Assembly: GCA_012295275.1 (NCBI GenBank)
Contig: CM022677.1
Location: forward strand, 7,068,001-7,132,000
DNA length: 64,000 nucleotides
Direction of reading: 5' to 3'
Origin: Chrysomallon squamiferum
Lineage: Eukaryota; Animalia; Mollusca
Both the position numbers and the translations under genes were made by a program. Below the pieces are notes generated by a model that had not been told where the DNA came from, did no database searches, and was given only the letters and a program-made list of their open reading frames with translations. This document shows, one piece after another, positions 1-18,544 of this stretch (its first letter is position 1; each line of letters starts with the position of its first letter).

Positions 1-3230
<3,230 letters not shown>

Positions 3231-6200
3231 AAAAAAGAATAAGATGTTGCAGTTTATTATGAAATAAACTGGATTTTTTAAATGGATATATTCCACTGTT
3301 GATAATGAAAAATGAGTTAATTTTCTTATTTATTATTCATATTTTATAAACTTATCATTTTACAGGAACTTATCATTTTTACTGTTGTTCGTAAAAATGC
3401 AAATATAATATTATATTTATTATTATTTTAATACTTTCATTCAACAAACCTGTTTGTCTCTCATTTACTCTTTTAAGGAAAATCTTAATCAAAAAAGAAC
3501 AAAAAGTATTGTTTTCTTTTCATTGTAAAAGTAGTGTAAATTAGATATATAATAATAATATATTTTGATATAGCATGGCACGCTCAGTTAATAATAGAAA
3601 AACAGTTCTGTTTTGTGCTGTGTGGATTTAAAAAACAAATTACTGGCGATAAATAAATAAATAAAGATTAAAAATCATTAAATGATGCAGTGCTAAAGAA
3701 AAATAATAATAAGCTTAGTTATGAAAATGAAAATTGATATCAATATTAGAATTTAAGACACCCTATTTCAATTATTGAGCGTTCTGTTGTGTTTCTTCTT
3801 CTGTTTTTAGTTACGCATAATATCATTAATAAACGAATAGTTCTTATCATACCGTCAGCTTTTGTAGCAGACGTAAAGTGACATGCGAGTCGAAAACAGG
3901 TCTCGATTACTTCATTAGTTTTACACTATCAAAAACTCTGCTATGTATTAAAAACAAATTCTGAGACGAAGATGTTGTAAAAATGAAACTAACTTCGTCC
4001 TTCAGCTAGCATAATATTATTTTAGATAATATGCGGCAGATTCGGTAAAAAATTATTTTAAAAATGCAACAAAACATTTTCATTGTTTTGAGTTGCACTC
4101 ATAGCTCCCCAAGTAGAATTAAATTTAAATATCAACGTAATTAATTATCGCGTTTTCCTGTAAAAAGCTTCTGATACCGACACCACTAGTGTTTATAAGG
4201 GATACATTTATTATCGAGTGACCTTTAAAAAAAATAATAATAATTGTTCAGAATACATCAGCTTACTTCATCACGATCTCGCCAAAGTTTCTGTCAATAA
4301 TTTGAACCAGCATATCGGTAATTTTCTTTGATTTATTAGTAACAGAGAAAAAAGTATATTTTATTAAGTTTATTCCACTAAGATATTGCCCGCATAATAA
4401 AATAACAAAACAACGTTTGACAGTGTTGCTATGTTGTATTACGTGCACTCAAAAATATAAATATTTAGATTTCTTTAATAATTTTCCTTTTCTGATAGCT
4501 CACAGTTATGCAGATCTATTTTATGGAACCGGAAAGAATAATTAAAAATAAGGAGTAGTTTCCCTATTAATATTAACAAATTGTCTTAAGAGTTATTAAT
4601 GTAATTAATCAAATATTAAGTTATTTTCGTTGATTTTAAACTGTGCTTCTGATAATTTGAGACTAAATAACTAAACATGACTTTTCTAAAATGTTATTGC
4701 GAGTTAGTTCTAGTTCAGAAATATGATTTACAGTGAATCCAGAAAATCGGGGAGCGTCGTGGGTACGACCTCCATTTCCATATTTCTTATGTTTTATGCA
4801 TCTTCAGTATCACCTATTGAATAAATAAATAAAATAAAAACTAATTTAACTTGTCTCATAATATTTTATTATTCATTTGTTTGTTAGTGTTTTAATTAAT
4901 TATTATTAGTATTATTATTATAAGCAACTGACCATGGATAATAACGTTTCATAACGTAAGGGAAATAACTCTTTTGATAAAAACTCCTGCAAATTAATTT
5001 TAAATTGCTAAACCATATGAAATAATGAAAGAAAGCAAATACAAGTACCCACCCAAATTAAAAACAAAATCAGTAATAATAAACACCCTGAAAACAATTT
5101 TATATCTCTTTTTTATTTACCAAGAAAGAGTAACAGTGAATTAAGAAATCAAATTCAACAGCAAAATTGTAACAAATATAACAGTTAATGAATTAAAAAT
5201 GCCTATAACAAACATAATACTGATACTGTCAAATTACATGTGCATTATAAACAAATAACAAAAACAATGTTAAAAGAAAATATAATTTAACTACAGTTGT
5301 CACTTATTTACTTATTTTTTTCACCTGTTTTAAATTATTACATTGGATAATTAATTAAATTATTTAACAGGAGCTAGTATTAAAAATTAATCTAGACACC
5401 TGGGTCTTATTTTTAAAGTCTGCTAAATAAATTGATTCGATGCTTTATTTGCTGAGTTTATTTTCTAATTTATGCAGATATATGCAGGCACATAAATGCA
5501 TGCACTAAAGTACAAACACATACAAGACACAAAACAAAACACTGAAAGTAACACATATGCAAACATTACAATATTCACACAGAAATACACACTCGCACAT
5601 GCACTTAGGCAAAACCCCCCCACACACACATGCAGACATACCAATATACATATTGACATACACATATAGAATTCCCACACATACAGTGCAGAACATAAAT
5701 GTAATAAATAATAACTTATATTATCAAAAACACTTCTTAAAAAAACACTTCAATGAAAACAACAAAGATAAAGAAAAAAATATAATAGAAATAAACTTTG
5801 GTCCATGTACATTACATAAATAGTAATATCAGTGTGTGTGAATTAACAGCATATTTTATTCTGTGTAACAGAAAATGCTGAATAGATCATTAAAAAAAAA
5901 ATCATACGACAAGATGGTAAAAATTGTTAATTTCTATATCAGAATACTGGATAGAGTAGCAATAACTGTAACTAACATCAGATGAAGTGGATGATAATCA
6001 TCATTTTCTGCATCACTTCTCTGTATTAGATCTGTTAAGCTGTATAGCCTAAAATCATCATTCTTTGTATCAGAAAATTTTCAACAGAAATTTTTAAAAT
6101 CATTTTCAATGAATTGGAATTGACATTATCTACATCAGAACATACAGACAGGCATAGAAAACTTAACCTCTATAATCAGAGAAGAACTGGATATATTATT

Positions 6201-7920
6201 AACAATACCGCTTTATTATCAAGTAGGACAAAAGAAAATATGTCAGAAAATACAGAATATTATTAATAATATTATTTATCCTCATACAAACTGGAAAAGA
6301 GAAAATACTATTCTCTCAGAATGTACCTGATAGAACTATAATTGAAAACAATTTTCTTTCGTCAGATAAGCTACACAATCACTTTCCCCAAGTTCTACTT
6401 CAGTGTACATGGGTTGAGCTAATCTGTAAGTGTGATGTTTCCGTGACTCCTCTGTGTTCTGCAGAATTAGCTCAGGATGAGCTGAATCTTCATCCTCTTC
6501 TCCACTTCTTGTCTGAGAAAATCATTTTAGTATTTAATATTAATGTAATTAGGTATTGGTTTTTACAGTTTGTATTGTTATATTTATCTTTGTTTGTCAC
6601 CCAGTAGCTGATATATTTTTCATGCTGGGCTGTCCTAAAACATTCATTCATTCGTATAGTTTGTAAAAACAATGGCTATCAAAAATCTCAGTTATTTAAA
6701 GATAAGCATTAATTCCTGAACATTTCACAAAATGAATTGACATATGACAGCACATGATATCAATACATATAATTACAAATGAAAGAATATTTTTTTAAGT
6801 TTTAATTTTTTTTATTATTTAATTTTTTTTATTATTTAATTTGTTTTTTTTTTTTTTTTGTTATATGAGCATCAAGGCAAACACCAACTACTTTGTTTAA
6901 ACCTAGGTATCATAATTATGCAAATACAGTTTATGAACAGGGAAAGACAGTGAAAGAAAGAAAGAAAGTGAAAGAAAATCAGAAAGGCTAGGAGAAAATT
7001 AGAGATAGTGAGAGAGAAATAAAAAGACTATGACATCATCACTATACCTGACTTTTGCCTCCAGTTCTGTACTTTTAACATCATCAACTTTTATGTTAAT
7101 TCTTGACACTATGAATTACTGTCCAAATATCTTAGATAACAATAAACAGATTTTTCTTAATTATTCATAATAATAAAGAACAATATTACAGTTGGGAGAA
7201 ATATTTACAGAAAAAATTGCCGAAACAGATATTTACAGATTATATGTTTAGACACACATACACATAAAGACAGACAGCATGTTAGAAAGACAGACAAATT
7301 CAAAAAAGAAAGAATACAGAGGTACATAGACATATTTATTTAGGAAGTAAAAGTAGTTAGAGACTGTTAGATATTGGGTAGATAGATAGGTTGATGATGT
7401 AGACCAACAGACAGACAGACAGACAGACAGTTTATTGTAGACCTACACTGGTAAATAGATATACAGTTAATAGGACTAGGCAGATGTAACATAGAGACAC
7501 ACACACATATGCATGCAGAAAGAGCAAGACAAGCTGACAGATTGGGAGTAGTAGGTAAACCAAATGACATTTATATGTAATTAATCAAACACTGATGATT
7601 TAAATGGAATACATCTACTCTGTTATAGTAATCTATAGCCTTGTCTACAGATACAAAATCAGACATCAGTATCCATGCTATTCCTCTGATCAAATCACTG
7701 GATCCTAGAAAAGTCGAGCAGTAGTAGCAGTACCTGTTTATATGTGAGAAGGAAATATATTGTTCTTTACATTAAAAAGAAAGGAAAGTTTTAGAAATTA
7801 ATGTAAAAGTTGATACTAAAAGTGGATACAAAAGTTGATAAATATGTTAAGTATTGTAATGAGAAATATTATTTCATGTTAATAAGTTCGTATTTATTAA
7901 TCTCTCTCACTTCTCTCTTT

Positions 7921-7953
<33 letters not shown>

Positions 7954-8662
7954 CATTTTTTGTTAACTTTATTTCCTTCTTCTTGTATTTCTAAATACAT
8001 ACACAGATTGTATTCAAAACAAAATACATTCATATGTGGGTGTGTATACTTGTTATAATAATAACTTTTTAAAACTATCCAATAATTACACATGCACATA
8101 CATACTGAATTATCAAGAAGGCAAGACAACAAGATAAAATATTCATAAATAAGGAGAATGTGATGTGTATTATTACAGATAGATTATATAGAAAGAAAGA
8201 CAGATAGCTGTGAACTGTTATTACTGCACTTCTACATACCATATAATCATTCACCATGACCTTTCAACATGGCTGCAATGTCAGAAGTTGACTGTTTCCT
8301 TTATCTGTGAGAATGGCTGGACAGCGCATCATATTACCCAGCATTCCTAGAGGAAGATAAATAAATAAATAAATGATATGACAAATTTCAATCAATATGA
8401 ACCATATAAATGTTAAAATAAACAAATAACTATAACTGTTTACCAGGATGTCCTCCAAGTGCTGTCAGTTTAATCAGGACGCTGAAGAGACACTTACAAG
8501 ATGATTCAGTTTTCTCCCCTGACTTCTTGACAGTGAAATCTTAAAATTAATTAAATTTATATAAATAGTTTAAAATGAAAACAATACAACAACAGCATTA
8601 ACAATAATAAAACCTTTTACTTAGTATTCCTTCTTCTTTCTTATTTTTACCATTGGATTAAC

Positions 8663-8738
8663 TTAGATTAGAATTAGGGTTAGGATTAGGGCTAGGACTA
8701 GTGCTAGGTTTAGGATGAGATTAGGGGTTAGGTTCAGG
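8663..8738 (+). repeat. Degenerate (TTAGGG)-like hexamer tract (paralog at 20091-20148)
   Basis: ttagattagaattagggttaggattagggctaggactag...; short and degenerate. Confidence 0.6.
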
Positions 8739-10717
8739 CTAGTTATTTATTTATTTACTTACTTATTTGTTATTATTATTGTTTCTTTTTTATTATTTTT
8801 ATTTTTATTGTTCTTTTTCTTAAATAAATGTATTTATTACCAATTGCAGCATCCAACTTTGTGGAAAGTTCTTCCATTTCATTTTCTTGTAAGTTTTTCT
8901 TCTGGTTGTTAAGATACAACACTGTCAGTAACAACAGTCCCTCCTTCCCTGAAGGATAATAAAAAATATTTTAAAAACTTGAATTTAAAATTTAAAATGT
9001 AAGGAAGCAGGAACTACTACTATGACTACTGCAACTACAGCTGCTGTTCCTACTGCACCTCTATTAAAACTACATCGCTGCTATTATTATTACAACTACT
9101 ACTGCTACTATTAGAATAGTGATAATAAAAGCTAATGTGTAGCTGTAGTTATAGTAGGTAATACTACTGCAGTAGTATTACTAAACTAGTTATTATCACT
9201 ATCATACAATGTTAACTATTATTATTATTATTATTACTACATTTTCTATTTTGTTGATACAGTAGTAGCTGTTATTATTACTACTGCTGATGCAGTTGCT
9301 ACTATCACTACATCATAGTTGCTACTGTCACTACCATGTTACATGTTGCTGCTGATGTTTTTGATGCTAATTACATCTCTGTTACAAATAATAAAGAACT
9401 GATAACTATTGTATTTACAAGATGCTATTCAGATGTGTTATTTTTCCTCCTGTGTAGGTATAGTAATAAAATTAAACATAACAAATCTCAAACAATATGC
9501 AAGCTTCTATTTTAATATTTTGAATTAAAAACTAATTTTTTCTGAAAAATACAAAAATAATTTATTACCTAATGAGTTTCCACTCAAGCTCTTTAACTCA
9601 GAGATATGTCCCTTGATAGTATAAACAAAGATTAAGGGCAGATTCAATCTTAAATTTAAATAAAACAGGCCTGAGTATTTTGTACAAAGCATTTAAACAT
9701 ATAAACTGATAACCAAATATTTCTTAACACACACACACGCACACACACTATTATCAGAGTAGCAAGTATCACTATTGCTTATACACTCACACGCACACAC
9801 ATACTATTATCAAAATAGCAGTTATCTCTATTTTGATACATACACACAGAAACACCCACCCACCCACACACACTATTATCAGGGTAGCAATTACCACTAT
9901 TGCTGATACACACACACACACATGCATGTAGAGTTTAATATTCTTAGCATATGGTTTAACGAAATTATCTATGCAGAAAGATAAGGATTATTTATATACA
10001 GAATAATTTTTCAAATATTAGAACAATTTATAAAATTTAACCAAAACTTACCTGAATAAGTTTGACTAAATCGTCAAAGATACATTCAGAAAAATCAGGA
10101 CAAGTTCCAATGTCCACATCTTTCAAAGAAATGAGTTTTCCATGGAAACTCAAACAGCTGGTTGGTTAAACAGCTGCAGTTCAGACATAATTCCTGTAGA
10201 GAACTTGTGACTGATTTGGATTCTGGAATATCTGAAATAAGTGGAAAACAGTATTAACAAACCTATTATCTATCAGGAGAAAAAGAAACTAAAAGTAGAA
10301 AAAATATAATAATGACAAATTTGTCAAACCTAGATAGTTACAGAATGAAATACACGTGTGTGTATGTGTGAGTACACGATTTAGTGATACCAGCTTGTAA
10401 TAAAAACAATAATAATAATAATAATAATTATAATAATAATATAAATAATAGTAATTCACAAAATGTAGAATCTACATAAGCAGAAAATAATTTAATATCA
10501 GTGATTAAAATAAGCATAGTGTGTACAAAAATACAGACAATAACACACATACAGACAATAACACACATCCTGGCTTCTGCCAATAAAACTAAATAATGAA
10601 ATTAACATTAAAATTTTATATACATACAAAGAGAAAGATAGATGCTGACAGACTATACAGGGATATACCCATGTAAGAATACATACACCCACACAACACA
10701 CAATTTCACATATACAT

Positions 10718-10753
<36 letters not shown>

Positions 10754-10877
10754 GTATTCTGTTAATACAAATCTTGTTGATGTTGTTGTTATAACAACTA
10801 ATGTAATTGTTTATCATCAACTACTACTACCACATTTCACCAATATTTACTATTGTACTTTTCAGCAGCCAGTCCTT

Positions 10878-11384
10878 TAGTGAGAGCAGTTTTATCAGAT
10901 AATCCATTACTAGACAGATCTAGTTCTGTGAGTCCAGTGTTTAGTGAGAACAGTTTTATCAGATAATCCATTACTAGACAGATCTAGTTCTGTGAGTCTA
11001 GTGTTTAGCAAGAGCAGTTTTATCAGATAATCCATTACTAGACAGATCTAGTTCTGTGAGTCCAGTGTTTAGCAAGAGCAGTTTTATCAGATAATCCATT
11101 ACTAGACAGATCTAGTTGTGTGAGTCCAGTGTTTAGTGAGAGCAGTTTTATCAGATAATCCATTACTAGACAGATCTAGTTCTGTGAGTCCAGTGTTTAG
11201 TGATAGCAGTTTTATCAGATAATCCATTACTAGACAGATCTAGTTCTGTGAGTCCAGTGTTTAGTGAGAACAGTTTTATCAGATAATTCATTACTAGACA
11301 GATCTAGTTGTGTGAGTCCAGTGTTTAGCAAGAGCAGTTTTATCAGATAATCCATTACTAGACAGATCTAGTTCTGTGAGTCCA
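10878..11384. repeat. 64-bp minisatellite, 8 copies
   Basis: 'cagttttatcagataa' recurs at 10887, 10951, 11015, 11079, 11143, 11207, 11271 and 11335. Confidence 0.95.
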
Positions 11385-11703
11385 TGCTTTCTACTAGAGT
11401 CCGTATAGAAGTTTCATGTCAGTGGAGCCTACACATAGCTCTGAAAATAAATAAATAAATAAATGTAATATCACAGTAGATATCAGTAGCTATTTAAGTA
11501 TAGAGAAATACACATTTATATTAATAAAACCAGTATAAATAATTAAATAAATAAATAAGTAAATAAATAAGAAAGTTAATAAATTTAAAAAATATATAAT
11601 GAAAAATTTAGATTCTTGAGTATGTGCTAATGTTTCTTAGAGGAGAAAAAGAAAGAGAAAGACAGTAAGAGAGAGAGAGAGCAATAAAGAGAAAGAGTAT
11701 CAG

Positions 11704-11766
<63 letters not shown>

Positions 11767-11889
11767 CAGGGGAGACAAGATAGCAGAGAAAGACAGAAAG
11801 GAAAAGAGAGAGAGAGAGGAGAGAAAGACAGAAAGGAAGAGAGAATTAGAGGGAGAGAGAGAAAAGTCAAATAGTGGCAGATAAAGAAA

Positions 11890-12320
11890 AGTTGTAGTAG
11901 TAGTAGTTGTAGTTGTAGTAGTAACAGCAGCAGCAGAATTTGTAGTTGTAGTATTAGTGCTAATAGTACCAGGAGTAGTAATAGTTGTAGTATTAGTTGT
12001 AATCGTACTACTAATAGTAATAGTGGTTATAATTGTATATATATTAGTAGTAACAGTACTAGTTGTAGTACTAGTGGTAATAGTTTGTAGTATTAGTAAA
12101 GCAGTACTAGTTGTAGTAATAGTGGTAATAGTGGTAATAGTTTGTAGTATTAGTATAGCAGTACTAGTTGTAGTAATAGTGGTAATAGTGGTAATAGTTT
12201 GTAGTATTAGTAAAGCAGTACTAGTTGTAGTAATTGTGGTAATAGTTTGTAGTATTAGTAAAGCAGCAGTAGTAGTAGTAATATTTTGTATATTAGTAAT
12301 AACCGTACAGTAGTAGTAAT
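11890..12320. repeat. Degenerate (GTA)n-derived low-complexity repeat with higher-order units (paralog at 23560-23870)
   Basis: Recurring gtaatagtttgtagtattagta(a/t)agcagtactagttgt units; intronic in the LRR pseudogene. Confidence 0.8.
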
Positions 12321-12636
12321 AGTGGGAATTGCAGCAGTAACAGTAATAGTGATAACTGTGGTAGAATTAGCTTAGGTTGTATAGTACAAATAGTTACAAT
12401 ACATAGAGGTAGTAAATAACTGCAGTAGTAGTAGTAGTTGTAGCAATAGAAGTAGTAGATGTAATAATAGTAGTAAAAATAATAGCATTAACATAGAGGT
12501 AAATATTGATTACAGCGTTAGTGTTGAAAGTCACTATTTTTCTCAGTAGTAGAATAATAGTAGTAACAATGGTAGTATTATTATTGTATTATTACTATTA
12601 TTATTGTCATTATTATTGTTATTGTTTTTATTATTA

Positions 12637-12671
<35 letters not shown>

Positions 12672-14803
12672 AAACATTTTATAACAGTTATAATTAAGAT
12701 TACTCACAGCACTCTCAGTGTCTGTTTTGTTTGTGGTGAGGCTAAGGAAGATCACTGTTGTGTTAGAACACATTGCCAAACACACAGCTCAGAAAGCCTG
12801 GGGTCCAAATCTGTTTCCTGATAAATTTAAAATCTAGTTTAAAAAATAATGAAAATACAGCACACTAAATTATTTAGTAGGTTGTAATTTTACATAAAAT
12901 AATGAAAAGGTTGATAATAATTAATGTGAATATTATGTAATTCAGTATGATCATATTTTAAATAAATTATAAATAATAAGAAAATAAATAAATGATAGAT
13001 AGATAGATACATATATCAAATAGATAGACAGAAGATTTTTATAAATTAAAACTATAAATAAATTTAAAATTACTTAAATTACTGATTCTAAAGCTATTTA
13101 TGTTCAGAATTATCAAAAGAGAACTTACAGAAAGATTATATATAATCTGTTCTTTCTTTGTTATACTTCAAAAAATATTACAACTTTGAAAATAATTTTT
13201 TAAAAACCTAAAGAAAAGAAAGGAAGAAAAAAGAAAGAAAACTAAAAAATGATAATTAGGAACAAATAAGAAATGATATATAAAGGTAGAGACAGAAAAA
13301 CAGATAAGTATATAGTAATTAGAGACATAGTAAGAAAGATAAACATATTTATCTGAACATTTTCTAGGAAAGAAATACAGACAAACTGAAAAGCAGAGAT
13401 AGAAATAAAATAAATAAATATGGAGGCAAACATAAAGAGAAATAGACAGGTAGACTAAGACATATTTACAGACATAATTACCTGAATGTTTTTCAAAGAT
13501 TTAAAACGTGACTAAGTGACTAGGTTGTAAAGCTTGAGACAATTTTTAGCAAAATGCCTCTGTTGGTGTTTTCAGTTTGAGTTTTCAGTGGTTGGTGTGG
13601 TGATGTCAGTTTGTCTCAGGTCTAATGGTGGTACTGCTGTTGTTGGTGCTGACTGCTGTTTCCTTTTCAATGATGTGAAACCTATGTCAGTTCTGTGGAA
13701 AAAACAAACAAAAAATAGAAAGAAAAAAAAATTATATTTATTAACAGATGGTAGACCTTGAAATTAAGAGAGAAAAGTGTCTGTCAATATAAAAACAAGT
13801 TATCAGAATAATACTGGTTGTGAAAAAAAATCACTAATAATAATAATTTTCAGAAAACAAAATATATTGACAATACAAGTTTACAACTTCATTATTGTTT
13901 GGGTTTGTTCAGCAAACACTAGAAATACGACATCATCAATGGAAACAAGTTTTGAATAAGGTAGACAGAATATCTACACTAGTAACAGAAATATTAATTC
14001 TCTGAGATATTACTAGGCAACAGGTTGTATTAAAACACTGAAAAAAAAGAAACATGAAGAAGAAATATAATAATAAAAAGAATTGTAACAAGCTTGTAAA
14101 AAAGTAAATAATAATAATAAAGAATAAAAAAAAATAATCTGAATTATTAGAATGTAGAAAAATAACTAGAAAGATGGGAGATGCAGTTAAGAGATTGATA
14201 ATATTAATACTATAAATAAACCTCAGTACCGGCCCTGTTCCCCTCCTCTCTGATTATAGTGAATCAGTCCCTTGATCCAACTAACTCGAGCGTGCACAGC
14301 AAATAAAACGCGAAATATGCTTTGTAACACCGCGATTTAAAACATGTGTCTAGAGATCTCCTGAGGTGTATCCAGTTTCGTATCTAGTCACGTTTTTGAG
14401 ATATCAATCATTATGTTTTGTTATTTTTACGTATTCATGAGAGAGGGGGGTCAAAGAACAATCTTCTTATCTGCGAACAGAACTTTACGTCCAGCAGTAA
14501 TCATAATAATACAAAAAAAAAAAAAAAAATTAAAAATAAATAAATAATAATAATAATAATAATAACGGCTTCAGGCACACAAGAGAAATAATCGGTGTTA
14601 AAAAAAAATAATAGATGTTGCAGTTTATTATGAAATAAACTGGATTTTTAAATGGATATATAAATATATTCCATGTTGATAATGAAAAACGCAGACTATT
14701 CTGAGTTAATTTTCATATTTATTATTCATATTTTATAAACTTATCATTTTACAGCAAAAAATTAATACATTTGCATTTTACTGTTTTTCATAAAAATGCA
14801 AAT

Positions 14804-14853
<50 letters not shown>

Positions 14854-16012
14854 TTAATACCCTTATTCAACAAACCTATTTCTCTCTCACTCACTCTTTT
14901 AAGGAAAATCTTAATCAAAAAAAAAGAACAAAAAGTATTTTTTCTTTTCATTGTAAAAGTAGTGTAACTTACTGCTTCAGTTAATGATAGAAAAACAGTT
15001 ATGTGTGGATTGAAAAAGCAAATTACTGACGATAAATAAATAAATACAAATTAAAAATCATTAAATGATGCAGTGCTAAAGAAAAATAATAATAAGCTTA
15101 TTTATGAAAATGAAAATTGATATCAATATTAGAATTTAAGACACCCTAGTTCAATTATTGAGCGTTCTGTTGTGTTTCTTCGTGTTTTCAGTTACGCATA
15201 ATATCATTAATAAACGAATAGTTGTTATCATACCGTCAGCTTTTGTAGCAGACGTAAACTCATGTGCGAGTTGAAAACAGGTCTCGATTACTTCATTAGT
15301 TTTACACTATCAAAACTCTACCATGAATTAAAAAAAAATTCTGAGACGAAGATATTGTAAAAATGAAACTAACTTCATCCTTCATCTAGCATAATATTAT
15401 TTTAGATCTCGCAAAAGTTTCTGCCAATAATTTGAAACATAATATCGGTAATTTTCTTTTATTTATTAGTAACAGAGAAAAAAGTGTATTTTATTAAGTT
15501 TATTCCGCTAAGATATTGCCCGCATAATAAAATAACAAAACAACGTAAGACAGTGTTGCTATATTGTATTACGTGCACTCAAAAATGTAAACATTTAGAT
15601 TTGTTTGATAATTTTTCTTTTCTGATAGCCGACAGTTATGCAGATCTGTTTTATGGAAGCGGAAAGCATAATTAAAAATATGGAGCAGTATTAATATTAA
15701 CAAATTATCTTGAGAATTATTAATGTAATTAATCAAATATTAAGTTACTTTCGTTGATTTTAAACTGTGCTTCTGATAATTTGAGAATAAATGACTAAAC
15801 ATGACTTTTCTAAAATGTTATTTCGAGTTAGTTCTAGTTCAGAAATATGATTTACAGTGAAACTAGAAAATCGTGGGTACGACCTCCATTTCCATATTTC
15901 TTATGTTTTATGCATCTTCAGCATCACTTATTGAAGAATAAATAAATGAAATAAAAACTCATAATATTTTATTATTCATTTGTTTCTTAGTTTGTTATAA
16001 TCAATGTAAGTA

Positions 16013-16049
<37 letters not shown>

Positions 16050-18544
16050 GGAGCAACTGACCATGGATAATAACTTTTCATAACATAAGGGAAATAACTC
16101 TCTTTTGATAAACCTTCTGCAAATTAATTTTAAATTGTTAAACCATATGAAATAATAAAAGAAAGCAAATACAATTTCCCACCCAAATTAAAAACAAAAT
16201 CAATAATAATAAACACCCTGAAAACAATTTTATATCTCTTTTTTATTTACCAAGAAACAGTAACAGTGAATTAAAAAATCAAATTCAACAGCAAAATTGT
16301 AACAAATATAACAATTAATGAATTAAAAATGCCTATAAGAAACATAATACTGATACTGCCAAATTACATGTGCATTATAAACAAATAACAAAAACAATGT
16401 AAAAAGAAAATATAATTTAACTACAGTTGTCACTTATTTACTTATTTTTACATTGGATAATTAATTACATTATTTAACTGGAGCTAGTTTTAAAAATTAA
16501 TCTAGACACCTGGGTCTTATTTTTAAAGTCTGCTAAATAATTTGATTCAATGCTTTATTTGCTGTGTTTATTTTCTAATTTATGCAGATATATGCAGGCA
16601 CATAAATGCATGCACTAAAGTACAAGACACAAAACAAACACTGAAAATAACACATATACAAATATTACAAGATTCACACATAAATAGACTCTCGCACATG
16701 CACTTAGGCAAAACCCACACATACACACAGACATGCCAACATACAAAATGACGCACACACACACACACACATACAGACATACCATATACATACTGATATA
16801 CAGATACAGAATTCCCACATACAGTGCAGAACATAAATGTAATAAATAATAACTTATATTATCAAAAACACTTCTTAAAAAAACACTTCAATGAAAACAA
16901 CAAAGATAAAGAAAAATAATCTAATAGAAATAAACTTTGGTCCATGTATATTTCATAAATATTAGTATCAGTGTGTGTGAATTAACAGCATATTTTATCA
17001 TGTTATTCTGTTTATCAGAAAATGCTGAATAGATCATTAAAAAAATCATACGACAAGATGGTAAAAATTGTTTATTTCTACATCAGAATACTGGATAGAG
17101 TAGCAATAACTGTAACTATCATCAGACGAAGTGGATGATAATCATCATTTTCTGCATGACTTCTCTGTATTAGATCTATTAAGTTGTATGGCTAAAATTA
17201 TCATTCTTTGTATCAGAAAAGTTTGTACAGAAATTTTTAAAATCATTTTCTATGAAGTGGAACTGACATTATCTACATCAGAAAATACTGACAGGCATAG
17301 AAAATTAACCTCTATAATCAGAGAAAAACTGGATATATTATTAACAATACCTCTGTTTTCCAGAGAATTAGTTCATGATGAACTGAATCTTCATCCTCTT
17401 CTCCACTTCTTGTCTGAGAAAAACATTTCAATATTTAATATTAATGTAATTAGGTATTGATTTGTATTGTTAGATTTACCTTTGTTTGTCACCCAGTAGC
17501 TGATATATTTTTCATGCTGGGCTGTCCTAAAACATTCATTCATTCATATAGTTTGTAAAAACAATGGCTATCAAAAATCTCACAGTTATTTAAAGATAAG
17601 CATTCATTCCTGTCCATTTCACAAAAATAATTGACATATGACAGCACATGATACTAATACATATAATTACAAATGAAAGAATACTTTTTTGAGTTTTAAT
17701 TGTTTTTATTATATAATTTTTGTTTTGTTTTGTTTTGTTATATGTGATCCTTTCCATGAGCATCAAGGCAAAAACCAACTACTTAGTTTAAACCTAGGTA
17801 TCATAATTATGCATATACAGTTTATGAACAGGGAAAGACAGTGAAAAAAAGAAAGAAAATGAAAGAGAAAATCAGAGAGGCTAGGAGAAAATCAGAGATA
17901 CTGAGAGAGAAATAAAAAGACTGACATCATCACTATACCTGACTTTTACCTCCAGTTCTGTAATTTTAACATCATCAACTTTTATGTTAATTCTTGACAC
18001 TATGACTGGTTATCCAAATATCTTAGCCTGGATAACAATAAACATATTTTTCTTAATTATTCATAATAATAAGTGTTAGTGTTAAAGAACAATGTTACAG
18101 AAAAAATTGCCGAAACAGATATTTACAGATTATATGTTTAGACACACATACACATAGATAGTCACATAAAGACAGCATGTTAGAAAGACAGACAACTATA
18201 AAACAAAAGAATACAGAGGTACATAGATATATTTATTTAGGAAGTAAAAGTATTTAGAGACTGGTAGATATTGGGTAGATAGGTAGGTTGATGATGTAGA
18301 CAATCAGACAGACAGACAGACAGACAGACATGTTATTGTAGACTTATACTGGTAAATAGATATACAGTTAATATACTAGGCAGATGTAACAATAACACAC
18401 ACACATACACACACACACACATGCATGCAGTTAATAAGAGAAGCTGAGGCAGATGTAACAAAATGACATTTACACACACACACACACACACACACAAATG
18501 ACACATATACAATTAATCAAACACTAAAGGGAGCAAGAAAAGCA

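Larger units (their letters stand above)
5935..13975 (-). pseudogene. Decayed multi-exon leucine-rich-repeat gene, copy 1
   Basis: Minus-strand AG/GT-bounded exons: 12817-12708 GNRFGPQAF*AVCLAMCSNTTVIFLSLTTNKTDTESA; an exon from 11440 containing GLTELDLSSNGLSDKTAL; 10231-10052 SLQELCLNCSCLTNQL/FHGKLISLKDVDIGTCPDFSECIFDDLVKLIQ (frameshift); 8539-8444; 8346-8261 ...ILTDKGNSQLLTLQPC*K. It carries stops and frameshifts; outer limits are approximate. Confidence 0.75.

Noticed and set aside
8663-8738. True telomere or chromosome fusion site
   Set aside because: Short, highly degenerate, one orientation only, and intronic.
10878-11384. Regular 64-bp repeats as a CRISPR array
   Set aside because: The units are head-to-tail with no unique spacers, there are no cas genes, and the context is eukaryotic.
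11957-12313. Val/Ile-rich 118-aa ORF (and 23609-23920) as a membrane protein
   Set aside because: It is a translation of a degenerate GTA repeat in an intron on the opposite strand, with a non-ATG start.
17131-17460. 109-aa plus-strand ORF
   Set aside because: It has a GTG start, lies antisense to pseudo-exons, spans a copy-2-specific deletion, and the copy 1 equivalent has a stop.
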